From Octopus sinensis (Eukaryota): DNA of 64,000 bases. Location: NCBI RefSeq assembly GCF_006345805.1, contig NC_042998.1:21142001-21206000 (forward strand), given 5' to 3'. The notes under the pieces are model-generated. The model ran no database searches. It was not told the DNA's origin and saw nothing but the letters and a program-made list of their open reading frames with translations. This document shows, piece after piece, positions 14,010 through 27,122 of this stretch (the first letter of the stretch is position 1; each line of letters opens with the position of its first letter). The position numbers and the translations under genes were made by a program.

Positions 14010-15176
14010 TACATACACACTCACACATACATACACACACACACACACTCACTCACACACCTGTATGTACGCGCACACACATGCACATACACACACTTCC
14101 CCACACCCACACGTACATACATACACACTCACACACATACACACACACACACACACACACGGACATACATCTATGCACACACATACATACACACATACTC
14201 ACATACATTCATCGGACACACTGCCACCCAGACATACACACAGACACACTCACACATCCACACACATACATACTTACGCGCATACTCGCAGGCGCGCGCA
14301 CATACGCACTTGCGCCGGCTCGCGCACGCATACGCGCCGCATACACCTCGCTCTTGGACCCGACGAGACCTCCCGCCCGTTCCTGGGACCGTCGCGTGTC
14401 GTTGGGTTTTCCCACGCCTGTCTCCGCGGTACCACTCTTCCATCTTCCCCTCAGCTGGAGTCCTTTTTCCTTAACCCCCCCCTTTTTCGTTACACACACG
14501 CGCACACATATACACACATTGCCTATATATATACATCACTCTTACACACATTCAATCTACTCGCCATTAATACCACCACGACACTGGACACACACACACA
14601 CACACTACTACTCAACACACGCTGGCACGCTACATACGCCCCCACCCCTTCCCCTCCCTCCCTTCCTCCTTCCTTCTTTTTCTTACTACTGACCTCCCTT
14701 CCTCCTTCCTTCTTTTTCTTACTACTGACCTTGTCTGCTAGCTGACCACTAGTCTCGCCCTACCTCACACGCCTACACACAGACGCACACACTAACACAC
14801 ACATATTTTTTTGTTTTTTCATCTCGCCTCACACACACACATACACACACGCACACGCACACACTCACACATACACACACATCTGTTGGGTTACCAACCT
14901 TGTCTCCACTCTTTTGCCTTTAAAAACCCACTTTGCTCTTGTTATCGTCAACATCCGCCTTTCACCATGTGCAACTCGTAAACACCAGTCGTCTTTTTTC
15001 TCTTTCCCTGTTGCCCGCTCTGGGATCTTTCTTTCCTCTCTCTTCCTTCTTTATGTTTCCGACGAAGAGCTCCGCTCGAAACGTCATACCTCCCTGCTTC
15101 CATTTCCTGAGCGCCTATTAAAAATAATACTGTAATTGTTCCTGTTGTTGTTGTTTTTTTGTTTCCCGTTTGGATT

Positions 15177-15180
<4 letters not shown>
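13880..15180 (+). mobile_element. Low-complexity (CA-rich) Penelope-derived repeat with a degenerate hammerhead motif
   Basis: CCGACGA-A-GAGC-TCC-GCTC-GAAACGTC at 15059-15085; related minus-strand sequence at about 51180-52290. Confidence 0.5.
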
Positions 15181-15212
<32 letters not shown>

Positions 15213-15214
<2 letters not shown>

Positions 15215-15656
15215 CAAAATTTAGGAACGACCATAATAGGCCGTTCATCCCGCTAGAAATAGCAGCCAAGGCTTTAACCGCAAAAAAGGTATTAATTCCG
15301 TAATCGGCAGTGTATATTTGCTGCCGATAAATTTGGCGCGAGTACGATGATTTGAAAATTTTAGGTCAGATATTGCCGAGACAGTAGTTGGTGCTGCCTC
15401 GTGAAAATATCGGTCCATTCTGGCTTACTTTACTGATGAATTTGTTGGCCTATGGAAGATTAGCTTGATTTAATTTAATCAGGCTGATTTACCATTAAAA
15501 AACAAAAGAAACGATGCATTGTATAAAGTATTACAGGGTAAATGTTTTTTTAATTTTCTCCTGGTTTACGGAATTAATACCTTTTTTGCGGTTAAAGCCT
15601 TGGCTGCTATTTCTAGCGGGATGAACGGCCTATTATGGTCGTTCCTAAATTTTGCT
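15213..15656. repeat. Perfect 91-bp inverted repeat (MITE/foldback)
   Basis: 15213-15303 is the exact reverse complement of 15566-15656. Confidence 0.9.
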
Positions 15657-15938
15657 GTTGAATTTATTAATAGTCTCTGACTATTTCCTTTTTTCCCACT
15701 AGGCCGCTGGTGGCAAATAATTTCTACTGAATTTTTTGCTACCCTATATTGATAAATATATATATATATATATATACACATATATAAACACCCAGGCTCC
15801 ATGTGATACCATAAAGGAATGTGATACCATTAAAGTGTGCATATGCAGTATAAAAATCAGCTAAATATAAGATCTCAGTTTAGGATATATCGGTGTAGAA
15901 CACTAAAAATTGAAATGAAAAGAAAAATATTTACTTAC

Positions 15939-16204
15939 AATAACAGATTGTTGTTGTTGCTGCATTTGTGGTTGGTGTTGCACTGGATAAGCTGAAGGGT
16001 AACCAGGTTGTGGGGGGTATCCAGCTTGTGGGGGATATCCCTGTTGGGGTGGATATCCCTGTTGGGGTGGATATCCCTGTTGGGGTGGATATCCAGGTTG
16101 AGATGGATATCCAGGTTGGGGTGGATATCCAGGTTGGGATGGATACCCAGTGCTTTCAACGTATCCGGGTGGAGCAGCCGCCGGCTCGTTAGATTTTTTT
16201 TCAT
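15939..16204 (-). CDS. Dispanin gene, proline-rich exon A ([19 protein letters not shown]-(YPPQPG)-type x8[21 protein letters not shown])
   Basis: ttttttacAG acceptor at 16206-16205, GTAAGT donor at 15938-15933; 266 nt, phase 1 in and phase 0 out, joins in frame as SVI|VTNQP. Confidence 0.88.
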
Positions 16205-16250
16205 CTGTAAAAAAATGATGGATTTCATGAATGACGTTTCAAAATGTACA

Positions 16251-16647
16251 TCTTTATATATAAAAGAGAGGTTGTGTGCTGTCTGTCTCCTACGATTTAG
16301 ATTCCTAACTACTCCCACATTTTGCGGTGTAGTTTAACCAAAACCGGATATCTTATAGTCGTGATTCATATCGAGCCCTTCTGGGTATTAGCGCGCGTCT
16401 TTGATGAGTCTACGATTTAAAAAAAAATTTACCATCAATTTTTCCCATTTTTAATGCATTTTTGGCATATATAAGGGAAGTAACTCTCTAAAAATTTATT
16501 ATTAAATCTCAGAACGTAAAAAGCTACAGTAACACCCCCCCCTTTGTGGTTAGCCATATTGAAATGGCTATTATACTTTACGGCTCTAAAAATGCTTATA
16601 TAGTTATTTCCCTTACAAACCCGAGCAACGCCGGGCGATACTGCTAG
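16251..16647 (+). mobile_element. Non-autonomous Helitron
   Basis: A|TC...CCCGAGCAACGCCGGG...CTAG|T; empty site ACA|TTC in the paralogous intron at about 45230. Confidence 0.9.
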
Positions 16648-16963
16648 TTCTTCATAAGTTTAATTAATACGTTGGTTGATGAGTATAATTTTTCCAGTGA
16701 AAATTTGCTTCGTATAAAAAATAAAGATTAATTAATAGCATCACTATTGCAGTATTGTAAAAACTGAACCTTTACATATTTTTATAAGTTTCTCTTCGAG
16801 GTTACCTTAATAGTTGAAGCACTTAAGATTATGATAGAATTCTTTTTGCCAGGCTATGAAAAATGAGTATGATGTGCCTAATGACCATCGTATTTTCAGA
16901 AAACATGCTAAACTGGACATTATTTACATTTGACGGATATTTGTCCTCATCTTGTTTGTTGTT

Positions 16964-17009
16964 AACACAACATTTCGGCTGATATACCCTCCAGCCTTCA
17001 TCAGGTGTC
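16964..17009 (-). ncRNA. Minimal type I hammerhead ribozyme motif
   Basis: GACAC-CUGAUGA-A-GGCUG-loop-CAGCC-GAAA-UG-UU-GUGUU; stems I and II pair. Confidence 0.65.
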
Positions 17010-17099
17010 TTGGGGAAATTTCGAACTTGGGTTCTCATTCTTAAGGTATTTTTCGGTGTTATTATTATTCTTATTATTCTTATAATTATTATTATTATT

Positions 17100-17249
<150 letters not shown>

Positions 17250-17290
17250 GTTGTTGTTGTTGTTGTTGTTTGTTGTTGTTGTTGTTGTTG

Positions 17291-17336
<46 letters not shown>

Positions 17337-17559
17337 CATTATTCAGCTCACTGCCTGGAATCGAACTCGGAATCTTGGGGTTAGTAGCCCGCGCTCTTAA
17401 CCACTATGCCATAGCCCGTGGGCATATGACGTAGTGGACCTGAGTAAAAATAATAATAATAATAATAATAATAATATAATAATAATAATAACAACAACAA
17501 CAAAAACAACATCGAAAAATACCTTAGGAATGAGAACCCAGGTTCGAAATTTCCCCCAA

Positions 17560-17605
17560 GACCCCTGATGAAGTCTAGAGAGTATATCAGCCGAAACGTT
17601 GTGTT
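17560..17605 (+). ncRNA. Minimal type I hammerhead ribozyme motif (second copy, stem II eroded)
   Basis: GACCC-CUGAUGA-A-GUCUA...CAGCC-GAAACGUU-GUGUU; palindromic ACGU. Confidence 0.55.
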
Positions 17606-17899
17606 AACAACAAACAAGATGTGGACAAATATCCGTCAAATGTAAATAATGTACATAATTCCTCATCTCTTAAATATAGAACGGTATTATGCTAAACTGG
17701 AGTTAATCCAGCTAATTTCTTAGTATTTTTTTATTCGCTGTTGAAGGATGAGAACGGACTAGGTTTTAAACTTAAAACATTTGAAATATCGGAAGTAAAT
17801 GTCTTACTTTTACATTTTTTACTATATTTTGTTAAAAACTAAATATTTGTGACGCATACCATGATGCTGGATGTTTGACAGCTATCCGAATAGTCAATA

Positions 17900-18160
17900 A
17901 ATAAAATAAATGCGCACTTTTAAAGTCTAGCCAGGCTCATGGGCCCGGTTTCCCGGTTTCTATGGCGTACGTGTTCCCCAGCTGGACGGGACGCCAGTCC
18001 ATCGCAGCGTTACTCATTTTTGCCAGCTGAGTGAACTGGAGCAACGTGAAATGAAGTGTTTTGCTCACGAACACAACGCATCACCCGGTCCAGGAATCGA
18101 AACCACAATCTTACGATCATGGTGCTGACACCCTAACCACTAAGCCACGCACCTCCACCT
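17900..18160 (-). mobile_element. MetaSINE-like SINE with a 12-bp TSD
   Basis: TSD GAATAGTCAATA at 17888-17899 and 18161-18172; inverted homolog of 9413-9672. Confidence 0.85.
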
Positions 18161-18659
18161 GAATAGTCAATAGTTTATATAAATTACTATGACCATTTTG
18201 TGCATCTGGGCAAAATCAACTTTATATACGACGGGCTTCTTTCAGTTTCCGTCTGCCAAATCCACTCACAAGGCATTGGTCGCCCCTGGGCTATAGCAGA
18301 AGACACTTGCCCAAGATGCCACGCAGTGGGACCGAACCCGGAACCATGTGGCTGGTTAGCAAGCTACTTACCACACAGCCACTCCTGTGCCTATGGTAGA
18401 CGATAATTAATTGTTATGTAAATACATGATAAAAACGGACAGTTTATAAAGATTAATGGTAATGCATGTGACGAGGGACGCATGCAGCCATTCATGACCC
18501 CATTATAGTATAATCATCTCATCATATACGTTCTATATATTGTCCTCTCTGTGGTGTCCCGTCTGTCCTTGTTTGTCCCCCCGTCTATATTTGGGCCCTT
18601 GTGGCTAATAAAGAAACCGAGTAGTAGGAGCAGAAGAGTAGCAGTCGGAGTAGCGTTGA

Positions 18660-18770
18660 GTAACCCTAAAACAGATTTAAATGCAATAGATCGATACTAG
18701 GGTCATAATTATGGGTGACAATTTCGTAAGACACCGCTAGAAAAAACTGCCGGTCAAACCGAAAAGATCC
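18660..18770. mobile_element. Right-end fragment of the telomere-repeat MITE
   Basis: Matches the last ~110 bp of 8914-9353. Confidence 0.75.
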
Positions 18771-19029
18771 AATGTCTGGATAATTTTTGGGGTTTAACCC
18801 TCCATATTCTTTTTTCTGTTTGATTCTACATCAATTTTACCCCCAAACTACCTAATTTCATAATCTTCAAGTTAAAAGAAAAGAGTCTAAATTGGGCCAA
18901 AATGAGTAATGACTAATTTTAGTAATTACTTCTCTTTAAGTGCATTGTGCATAATTAATATGTTTAGAAGGAAGCTACTCCAGTAGATCGTGAGAATATT
19001 TTATGTTGGGTTTTTAGATTTAGTTGGGT

Positions 19030-20455
19030 TTCATCCATCTCATGCCCGGAGCAGTGGAAAACTGCCAGTGTCATTCCTCTGTTCAAAAAGGGCGACCGCA
19101 CATCACCTGTCAACTATCGACCAGTCAGTCTCACTAGCTGTATTGCAAAACTGATGGAATCGTGTGTCAGAGATACACACTCTGGAACTTCTGGAGCTCT
19201 CACAGTCTCATCCGACCCTCACAATATGGATTTGTCCCTAACTCCAGCTGCAGTGATCAGCTTGTCGAGTTCGTTGAGGACATTACTCAGATCACTGACA
19301 GTGGCTCATGAGTGGATGTTGTCTACCTTGACTTTGCTAAGGCTTTCAACTCTGTGCCACACAAAAGGCTTATGGTGAAACTCTCTGCAATGGGTGTGAG
19401 GGATGACCTTTTTAACTGGTTGAAATCCTTCATCCTCAGCCGAAAGGAGGTAGTCACAGTTCTAGGACAGCACTCTACACCATATGAGATGTCATCGGGT
19501 GTACCACAGGGATCTGTCCTTGGTCCCATCTTGTTTGTGGCATACATTAATGACATAGATGCCAATTTAAAGAATGCCACAGTATTGAAATATGCAGACG
19601 ACATCAAGCTGTACCTTGAAATCAAGAGGACAGATCCTGATGTCTACAACTCTTTCCTGCAATCAGACCTAGACACAATGCAGCAATGGATCACAGACTG
19701 GCAACTGAAACTGGCTGTGGACAAGTGTACCACCATGCATTTTGGGAGAAAAACCCTGCGTCCACATACTCCCTCCACAACACTGATATCAAGAAATCCT
19801 CTTGCGAGCGTGACCTAGGCATCACTGTCAGCAGTGATTTGCGTTGGTCAAAGCATATCTCTAAAGTTGTCAAGAAGGCCGAGGGTGTCTTGGCATCACT
19901 CAGCAAGACTTTTGTTAGCCGCTCTCCAGCCATCTATTTAAAACTGTATACAGCTATGGTACGACCACACTTGGAATTCGCATCATCAGTTTGGAACCCT
20001 TATCTTGCTCAGAACATTGACCTCCTGGAATCTGTCCAGAGACGTGCAACCAAACGCATACCCTCCATCAGACACCTACCATATTCTGAGCGCCTTGTTT
20101 CCCTGGGCATGGATTCACTGAAGCTCCGGCGTCTGGCGACGGACTTGGTAAACACCACAAAAGTTATCAACTACCGCACCAACAACAACACTGAACACCT
20201 TTTTGATCTCCATGTGTCTAACACACGTGGACATGCCTACAAAGTCAGAAAACAACACAGCTCCCATGACTTTCGGAAACATTTTTCATGCTCAGAGTTG
20301 CTGAAGCATGGAATAAACTGCCTGCGTCAGTTGTTGACTGCCATGACACTGCATCCTTTAAGGCCCTCATGCTTTCCGAAATCCGCCGAAACTACACCTG
20401 ATTATATATACACTTTAGACGAGTTGTAGTGCACCTGAGCACTGTACACAATTAT
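19030..20455 (+). mobile_element. CR1-clade LINE, 5'-truncated, frameshifted RT
   Basis: NYRPVSLTS, DVVYLDFAKAF, SGVPQGSVLGPILF, YADD, VRPHLEFASSVWNP, LESVQRRATK; (ATT)n tail. Confidence 0.9.
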
Positions 20456-20475
20456 TATTATTATTATTATTATTA

Positions 20476-20512
<37 letters not shown>

Positions 20513-20745
20513 TATTAGGTGTGATGTACAGAACTGAATATTGAGAAAAGGTCGTCAGAATTTTGGAAAGAACTTTTCATATCATCGCTTTCGTCCGTCT
20601 TTCGAAATTATCAAATATAATTGTGAACATACAGATATCTTGCTTATTTATATAAAACAGATGTTTTTTGTGGGGGGGGGCGTGTTTATAAGGGAACATT
20701 GTTTTTTTTTGGGTGACGCTTTGAATACATTGGAACGCACTAATA

Positions 20746-20785
<40 letters not shown>

Positions 20786-20958
20786 TGTATGTTTTGGTGT
20801 GTGTGTGATATACAAACTCACAAGTAACGCCATAATCCTGCTATGCTTGGAGAAATTTAAAAGCACAGAAAAATTTGCTTCTCATTTGAATTATCTTGAT
20901 TGATTCTTTATTGTTTTACATATAAATAAATACATGCATGTGTGCACGTGGTATTTGT

Positions 20959-20999
<41 letters not shown>

Positions 21000-21285
21000 T
21001 TGGCCTATTCCCCATTTTTTTTAGGAGTGGGTAGCCCCAACAAGACACACACCAGGCATTCCATTCATCTCCCAGCTCAAAGAGGCGAGCCCCGTTCTAT
21101 GCTCGGGCCAAGGCATCGAGCACATCCCCCAACATCAGCAGCGGTTCCCGACAGCATACGCTTGTTTACTCCCGCCGCATCATGCTGGTTCTGTACGCCT
21201 TTGAACAACACCAAATTCACTCATCCGTCCACAAACACTCTCCAAGCTTTTCTATAATGTATAAGCAATTTCTATAATGTATAAA

Positions 21286-21703
21286 GGCGTAGGAGTGGCT
21301 GTGTGGTAAGTAGCTTGCTAACCAACCACATGGTTCCGGGTTCAGTCCCACTGCGTGGCATCTTGGACAAGTATCTTCTGCTATAGCCCCGGGCCGACCA
21401 ATGCCTTGTGAGTGGATTTGGCAGACGGAAACTGAAAGAAGCCCGTCGTATATATGTATATATATATATATGTATGTGTGTTTGTGTCTGTGTTTGTCCC
21501 CCTAGCATTGCTTGACAACCGATGCTGGTGTGTTTACGTCCCCGTCTCTTAGCGGTTCGGCAAAAGAGATCGATAGAATAAGTACTGGGCTTACAAAGAA
21601 TAAGTACCGGGGTCGATTTGCTCGACTAAAGGCGGTGCTCCAGCATGGTCGCACGCAGTCAAATGACTGAAACAAGTGAAAGAGTAAAAGAGTAAAGAGT
21701 AAA
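21286..21703 (+). mobile_element. SINE family A
   Basis: Full head-to-tail match to the other copies. Confidence 0.85.
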
Positions 21704-21704
21704 C

Positions 21705-22045
21705 TCCCGTGCCTCTCTCACTCCAACATCTCAAACCAACAAAGTCTGCTCCTGGTTCTGTTGCCTATCACTTCTGCCTTCATCACTCTCCTTACTATAC
21801 GCTCCTCATCCATCCTCTCCATGTGGCCAAACATTCCTCTATCCATTTTGGTTGTTAGTTTTTATCTCATTTCTGCTCGCCTTCGCACCTCCTCATTCCT
21901 TATTCTGTACATCCGTGTCACATCATCTATCGCCCTCAGACACCTCATCTCAAACACATCTAGTTGCCTCCTTTTCGCCTCTCTCAGCCCCCACGTCTCT
22001 GCACCATATAACATTGCCAGCACAATCACGCCCTCAGGCAACTGA
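21705..22045 (-). mobile_element. RTE-type LINE C-terminal fragment
   Basis: Minus strand reads MLYGAETWG..LDVFEMRCLRAI..VTRMYRIRNEEVRRR..FGHMERMDEER. Confidence 0.65.
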
Positions 22046-22131
22046 AAACGAAGAGGTAAGTGGAGGTTTATTCACATCAAAAACGTTTTCTGCAGCATAC
22101 ATAACATATATAACTGGTCATTGTTATATTA

Positions 22132-22528
22132 CTCTCTCGTTTTACTTGTTTCAGTCATGTGACTGTGGCCATGCTGGAGCACCGCCTTTAGTCGAGCAAA
22201 TCGACCCCAGGACTTATTCTTCGTAAGCCTAGTACTTACTCTATCGGTCTCTTTTACCGAACCGCTAAGTCACGGGGACGTAAACACCCCCGGCATCGGT
22301 TGTCAGGCGATGTTGGGGGAAAAAATACAGACACACACACAAACACATACATACATATATATATACGACGGGCTTCTTTCAGTTTCCGTCTACCAAATCC
22401 ACTCACAAGGCTTTGGTCGGCCCGAGGCTATAGTAGAAGACACTTGCCGAAGGTGCCACGCAGTGAGGCTGAACCCGGAACCATGTGGTTTGTAGGCAGG
22501 CTACCTACCACACAGCCACTCCTGCGCC
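22132..22528 (-). mobile_element. SINE family A
   Basis: Homology to the other copies. Confidence 0.85.
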
Positions 22529-23047
22529 TAAAAGCTTTGGATGGGAATAAATCTCCACCCTCCTCTTCGTGTTCAATTGTATGCTCTATGGTGTATTTGC
22601 AGTTCTGAATAGGAACAAGGAAAGACCCGAGAGAAAAATGTATTGCATTCAGAAACGTGTGTGATACGGTTTCAGTTAAAACAAGGATGAGCTTATAAGC
22701 GTCATTGTGTAGCAAAACAACCTCTGGTACCCTTTCTCACTCACACTCAAACCTTTGCTTGAATACCATTTAAAAAAGAACTTGACACAGCAGTAACCCC
22801 ATCATATTTTTAGTAATTAATATCTTTAAACAGCTTAACTCATCAAAATCTCTTATAGCTAAACACGAAATAGGTTGACTTCATTTACTTTCACTAAGGT
22901 CAATAAATTTAAGGAGCCTATCACAAGTTTGTCCATTTCTATCAACACAGCGCAGATGAAACGGTAATTTCGTCCATTAAAATGTCAACATGCATGCGTT
23001 TTGTAATCTCCTTTTTAATTTGGTTCAAAAGAACTAGTAATTAAATG

Positions 23048-23479
23048 GGATCTTTTCGGTTTGAACGGCAGTTTTTAACATAATTTCTAGGTAACTAAAA
23101 AATTTTAAACTTCGTATACTGGTAGAATGTGTTTATAAAACATCTTTTTCTCTTGGCTTTATTGAGAAAATTCTATAGTTTGTAAGATATTCGCTGTTTT
23201 TTTCTTCAATTTTTGAAATTTCAACCAATCACTGACGTCTATTGAGCTAAAAAGCATTCTGTGCTGTATTAATATGTCCCTCGTTTAAGAAACGGATTGG
23301 GTTTATTTACATTTGTGAAGAAAAAAAGAAACCCTTCCCCCCACCCCTAACCCTAACTAACCCTAACCCTAACCCTAAAACAGATTGAAATGCAATAGAT
23401 CGATACTAGGGTCATAATTATGGGTGACAATTTCATATGACACCGCTAGCAAAAACTGCCGTTCAAACCGAAAAGATCC
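23048..23479. mobile_element. Telomere-repeat MITE with an 8-bp TSD
   Basis: TIRs as at 8914; TSD ATTAAATG at 23040-23047 and 23480-23487. Confidence 0.9.
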
Positions 23480-23835
23480 ATTAAATGGATTAGATCGTTC
23501 TAACTAGTTCATGACAACCCATTAAAAGCTGCAGGGGATTTTAAATATCAAAAAAAATTTTTGTCAGTGTCAGAGACGCAGAACTACAACTCAGTATGGT
23601 TCCCGCTGTTTTCTGGTAACTCTTTTTTATCGTGACAACGAAACACAATTTGTGCAATCTCAGAAATCATCGTATTTTTATTATTTGTTTTAAAACTCTC
23701 TTCACTTTTTCAGATCTTCATCACGTCTCCTAATGGGAAATGATTTCTGCTTGTCAGCGCTAAATCGGTTTTTGCCAGCTTTTCCAAATTGTTTAAAATT
23801 AACATATGGATTTCAGCATCTAATTAATGTATGCT

Positions 23836-24068
23836 TATTTCTTTATTGCCCACAAGGGGCTAAACATAGAGGGGACAAACAAGGACAGACAGACAGGCGG
23901 ATTAAGTCGATTACATCGACCCCAGTGCGTAACTGGTACTTTATCGACCCCAAAAGGATGAAAGGCAAAGTCGACCTCGGCTGAATTTGAACTTAGAACG
24001 TAACAGCAGACGAAATACGGCGAAGCATTTCGCCCGGCGTGCTAACGTTTCTGCCAGCTTGCCGCCTT
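23836..24068 (-). mobile_element. Nin/Deu-domain SINE
   Basis: Homology to 1406-1638 and 54883-55112. Confidence 0.8.
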
Positions 24069-24852
24069 TCAGCATGTAATTAATATATACTTGTAAATGA
24101 TTTCAGTATGTAATTAATTTAAATCGTCATTTCCTTTATTTGAAGATTTTAACCTGAATTTCCATTTGAAAATAGTTGACATGCAGATATTGCAAATGAC
24201 TGTTTTTTTTTTTTCAAGAGCCCAACAGTTTAATATCATGACAAAAACACTGTGGGCTCTACACGAAGTGAAAGTAGATGTTTTGAAGAGACACTTTGAC
24301 CATCTGCTACCAAAGATCTCGGAAAACTCTACAACATGGTTAGAAACTCAAAATGAGGGAAGCAATATCAAGTTCTCCCATTCAACAAAAGCCACTCATA
24401 TGGAACTGGTCATTGAAAAGCAAATGAAAACGGTGGAGCCCTAACTTGGTCACAGCCTTTGGACTGGAACGCATACAGAAATAAAGCTATGACTAAACAA
24501 TATGATTTTCTATAAAAAAAACTATTTTCACATGATATTTGTAATCTGCTACTAATAAACATGGTTTATTTTTATCAAGTGTTAATGTCAAAATAGGTTT
24601 TTCATTGTCGACTATCAGTTTTTATCCATTTCTTTTTGTTTAAATGTACGCTAACTAAATGGCATTTTACACAAGTCAACGAAAGAAATTCATAGCATTT
24701 CGGAGTGTACTGAAATACAATTAGTAAAGTGAATTGCATGTTAGGCACTCAGTAAGAAATTACCAACGAAACAAACAAGTGACATTAAACGTCAATTAAA
24801 TTATATAATTATTAAAGCAATACGTACTTCAAATAAATTACTGAATAACAAG

Positions 24853-24890
<38 letters not shown>

Positions 24891-24947
24891 TAGATATATA
24901 TATATATATATATATATATAGATATATAATATTATATATAATATATA

Positions 24948-25025
<78 letters not shown>

Positions 25026-25066
25026 GTATATATATATTGTATGTATGTATGTATATATATATAAAA

Positions 25067-25331
25067 GGGGTAAAGACCCCCTTCGGTCATGAGTGACCAT
25101 AGGTTTGCACCTAGAGAGTTACCCTCTGAGGCACAAGTCTGGGCAAGGTTGTTTTTATGGAAGACCAGCAGTCGCCATGCATACCGGCCTCCCCTCTCCA
25201 CGCCACCAGTGTTATCCAAGGGAAAGACAAAGGTCGATACAGCTTGGCACCAGTGACGTCGCAACTCATTTCTACAGCTGAGTGAACTGGAGCAACATGA
25301 AATAAAGTGCTTTGCTCAAGAACACAACACG

Positions 25332-25332
<1 letters not shown>
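25067..25332 (-). mobile_element. SINE fragment (family of 51726 and 60156)
   Basis: Reverse complement of GTGTTCTTGAGCAA...GACCGAAGGGGGTC. Confidence 0.7.
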
Positions 25333-25381
<49 letters not shown>

Positions 25382-25439
25382 GTATGTATGTATGTATATA
25401 TATATATACACATGTATGTATGTATATATATATATACAC

Positions 25440-25681
25440 ACCAAAACACATTAAAACAGAAACTGACCCTATAGGGTTCAAGAAGTCTTTGGACAGATTC
25501 CTTCAAGAAATCCCGGATAAACCCCCTACACCCGGATATGTCTCTGTAAACAATAACTCTCTACTTGAGTGGGCCATAGTGCCCAAATTCTGACTTGAAA
25601 GACTTCACCAGGTGGTGCTATTAAGTTAGACATGGCCTGGGCCAATAATGGCCGAAACCTATCAAAGTATCAAAGTATCAA

Positions 25682-25682
<1 letters not shown>
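25440..25682 (+). mobile_element. CR1-type LINE 3' end
   Basis: FKKSLDRFLQEIPDKP..NNSLL* followed by an (ATCAAAGT)n tail. Confidence 0.7.
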
Positions 25683-25761
<79 letters not shown>

Positions 25762-26172
25762 TCGCTCAGAGATTAAAGCTAGTTGCTTTTCTCTTTACGG
25801 GATCAGCGACTGTGTGTGTCGCTTTAAAAGTATATACTATGAGCAATATCAAGTGGCTGCCACATCTAGCCGGCGATTGTCCTGTACTGAAGAAGGAAAA
25901 TAACCCAGAAACCATTGGTCTACAAGTATCGCTAAGGCTAGAAAGTGAGCAATAAACTCCCTTGCTCAAAATATACGGACACCGATCATTTGTCGGTTGC
26001 CAGCTGGAAAAGATGTTTTCCTGGGGCTAAAAAGTAGTAATACCGCCCTGTGTAGGACTGCCACATTGTGTTAGCAAATAGACTTTAAAATATATATATA
26101 TATATAAATGGCGGTGCCCCAGCATGGTCATAACTCGTGAGCTGAAACTAGAACCAATCAATCAATCATATA

Positions 26173-26352
26173 TTGGAAGGCACCGAAGTAGTGGTTAATG
26201 GAGCCACCTCTATGAACACACAAATGGTGAGCGGTGTTCCACAGGGCACTGTCTTGGGACCACTGCTTTTTATAGTGGCCCTCTCAGATATGCCCTCAAA
26301 TGCCCGGATAGCCAATCTGGCCAGCTATGCAGACGATAGGAAAGTCTCGCAG
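26173..26352 (+). mobile_element. CR1-type RT fragment
   Basis: SGVPQGTVLGPLLF...YADD. Confidence 0.8.
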
Positions 26353-26396
<44 letters not shown>

Positions 26397-26638
26397 ACAT
26401 TTATATAAAACCTTTATTAAACCTCTATTAAACAATTCAATAATGAAAGATGTTAGTCACACCATATAGAAAACATATACTATAAAAACCTTATTCTGAA
26501 AATCAATAAAGTACAATAAATAGTAAATAGTAGGTTTTTCTCTAAATTATATACATATATTATATATTGTGAAATTTGATTTAAAATTGTTAAATTTAAT
26601 TTTTCCCTGTGAGTTTTGGAATTATATATACATATATA

Positions 26639-26802
26639 GGCGCAGGAGTGGCTGTGTGGTAAGTAGCTTGCTAACCAACCACATGGTTCCAGGTTCAGTC
26701 CCACTGCGTGGCATTTTGGGCAAGTGTCTTCTGCAATAGCCCCGGGCCGACCAATGCCTTGTGAGTGGATTGGTAGACGGAAACTGAAAGAAGCCCGTCG
26801 TA

Positions 26803-26879
<77 letters not shown>

Positions 26880-27122
26880 ATGTGTGTGTATGTGTTTGTG
26901 TGTCTGTGTTTGTCCCCCTAGCATTGCTTGACAACCGATGCTGGTGTGTTTATGTCCCCGTCACTTAGCGGTTCGGCAAAAAGAGACCGATAGAATAAGT
27001 ACTGGGCTTACAAAGAATAAGTCCCGGGGTCGAGTTGCTCGATTAAAGGCGGTGCTCCAGCATGGCCGCAGTCAAATGACTGAAACAAGTAAAAGAGTAA
27101 AAGAGTAAAAGAGTAAAGAGTA
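26639..27122 (+). mobile_element. SINE family A
   Basis: Full-length copy. Confidence 0.85.

Noticed and set aside
13882-14745. Long His/Thr-rich ORFs (also 28054-29349 and 48339-49293)
   Set aside because: Stop-poor (CA)/(TACA) microsatellites with no splice or domain support.
15990-16150. Cephalopod rhodopsin PPQGY tail
   Set aside because: The repeat is a hexapeptide and splices to CD225 exons; there is no opsin sequence.
15935-16337. ORFs using the ATG at 16204 or the plus strand
   Set aside because: The ATG right after the acceptor is out of frame with the CD225 exons; the upstream parts of these ORFs are Helitron sequence.
20822-20833. Alternative first exon ATGGCGTTACTT|GTGAGT
   Set aside because: Phase 0, incompatible with the phase 1 acceptor of exon A.
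23340-23378. Telomere or chromosome-fusion scar
   Set aside because: The CCCTAA tract is an internal part of a repeated MITE with TSDs.
24764-24785. Alternative first exon for exon A (MSLVCFV, phase 1)
   Set aside because: Weak donor (GTAATT) and no other support; not excluded, but too weak to call.
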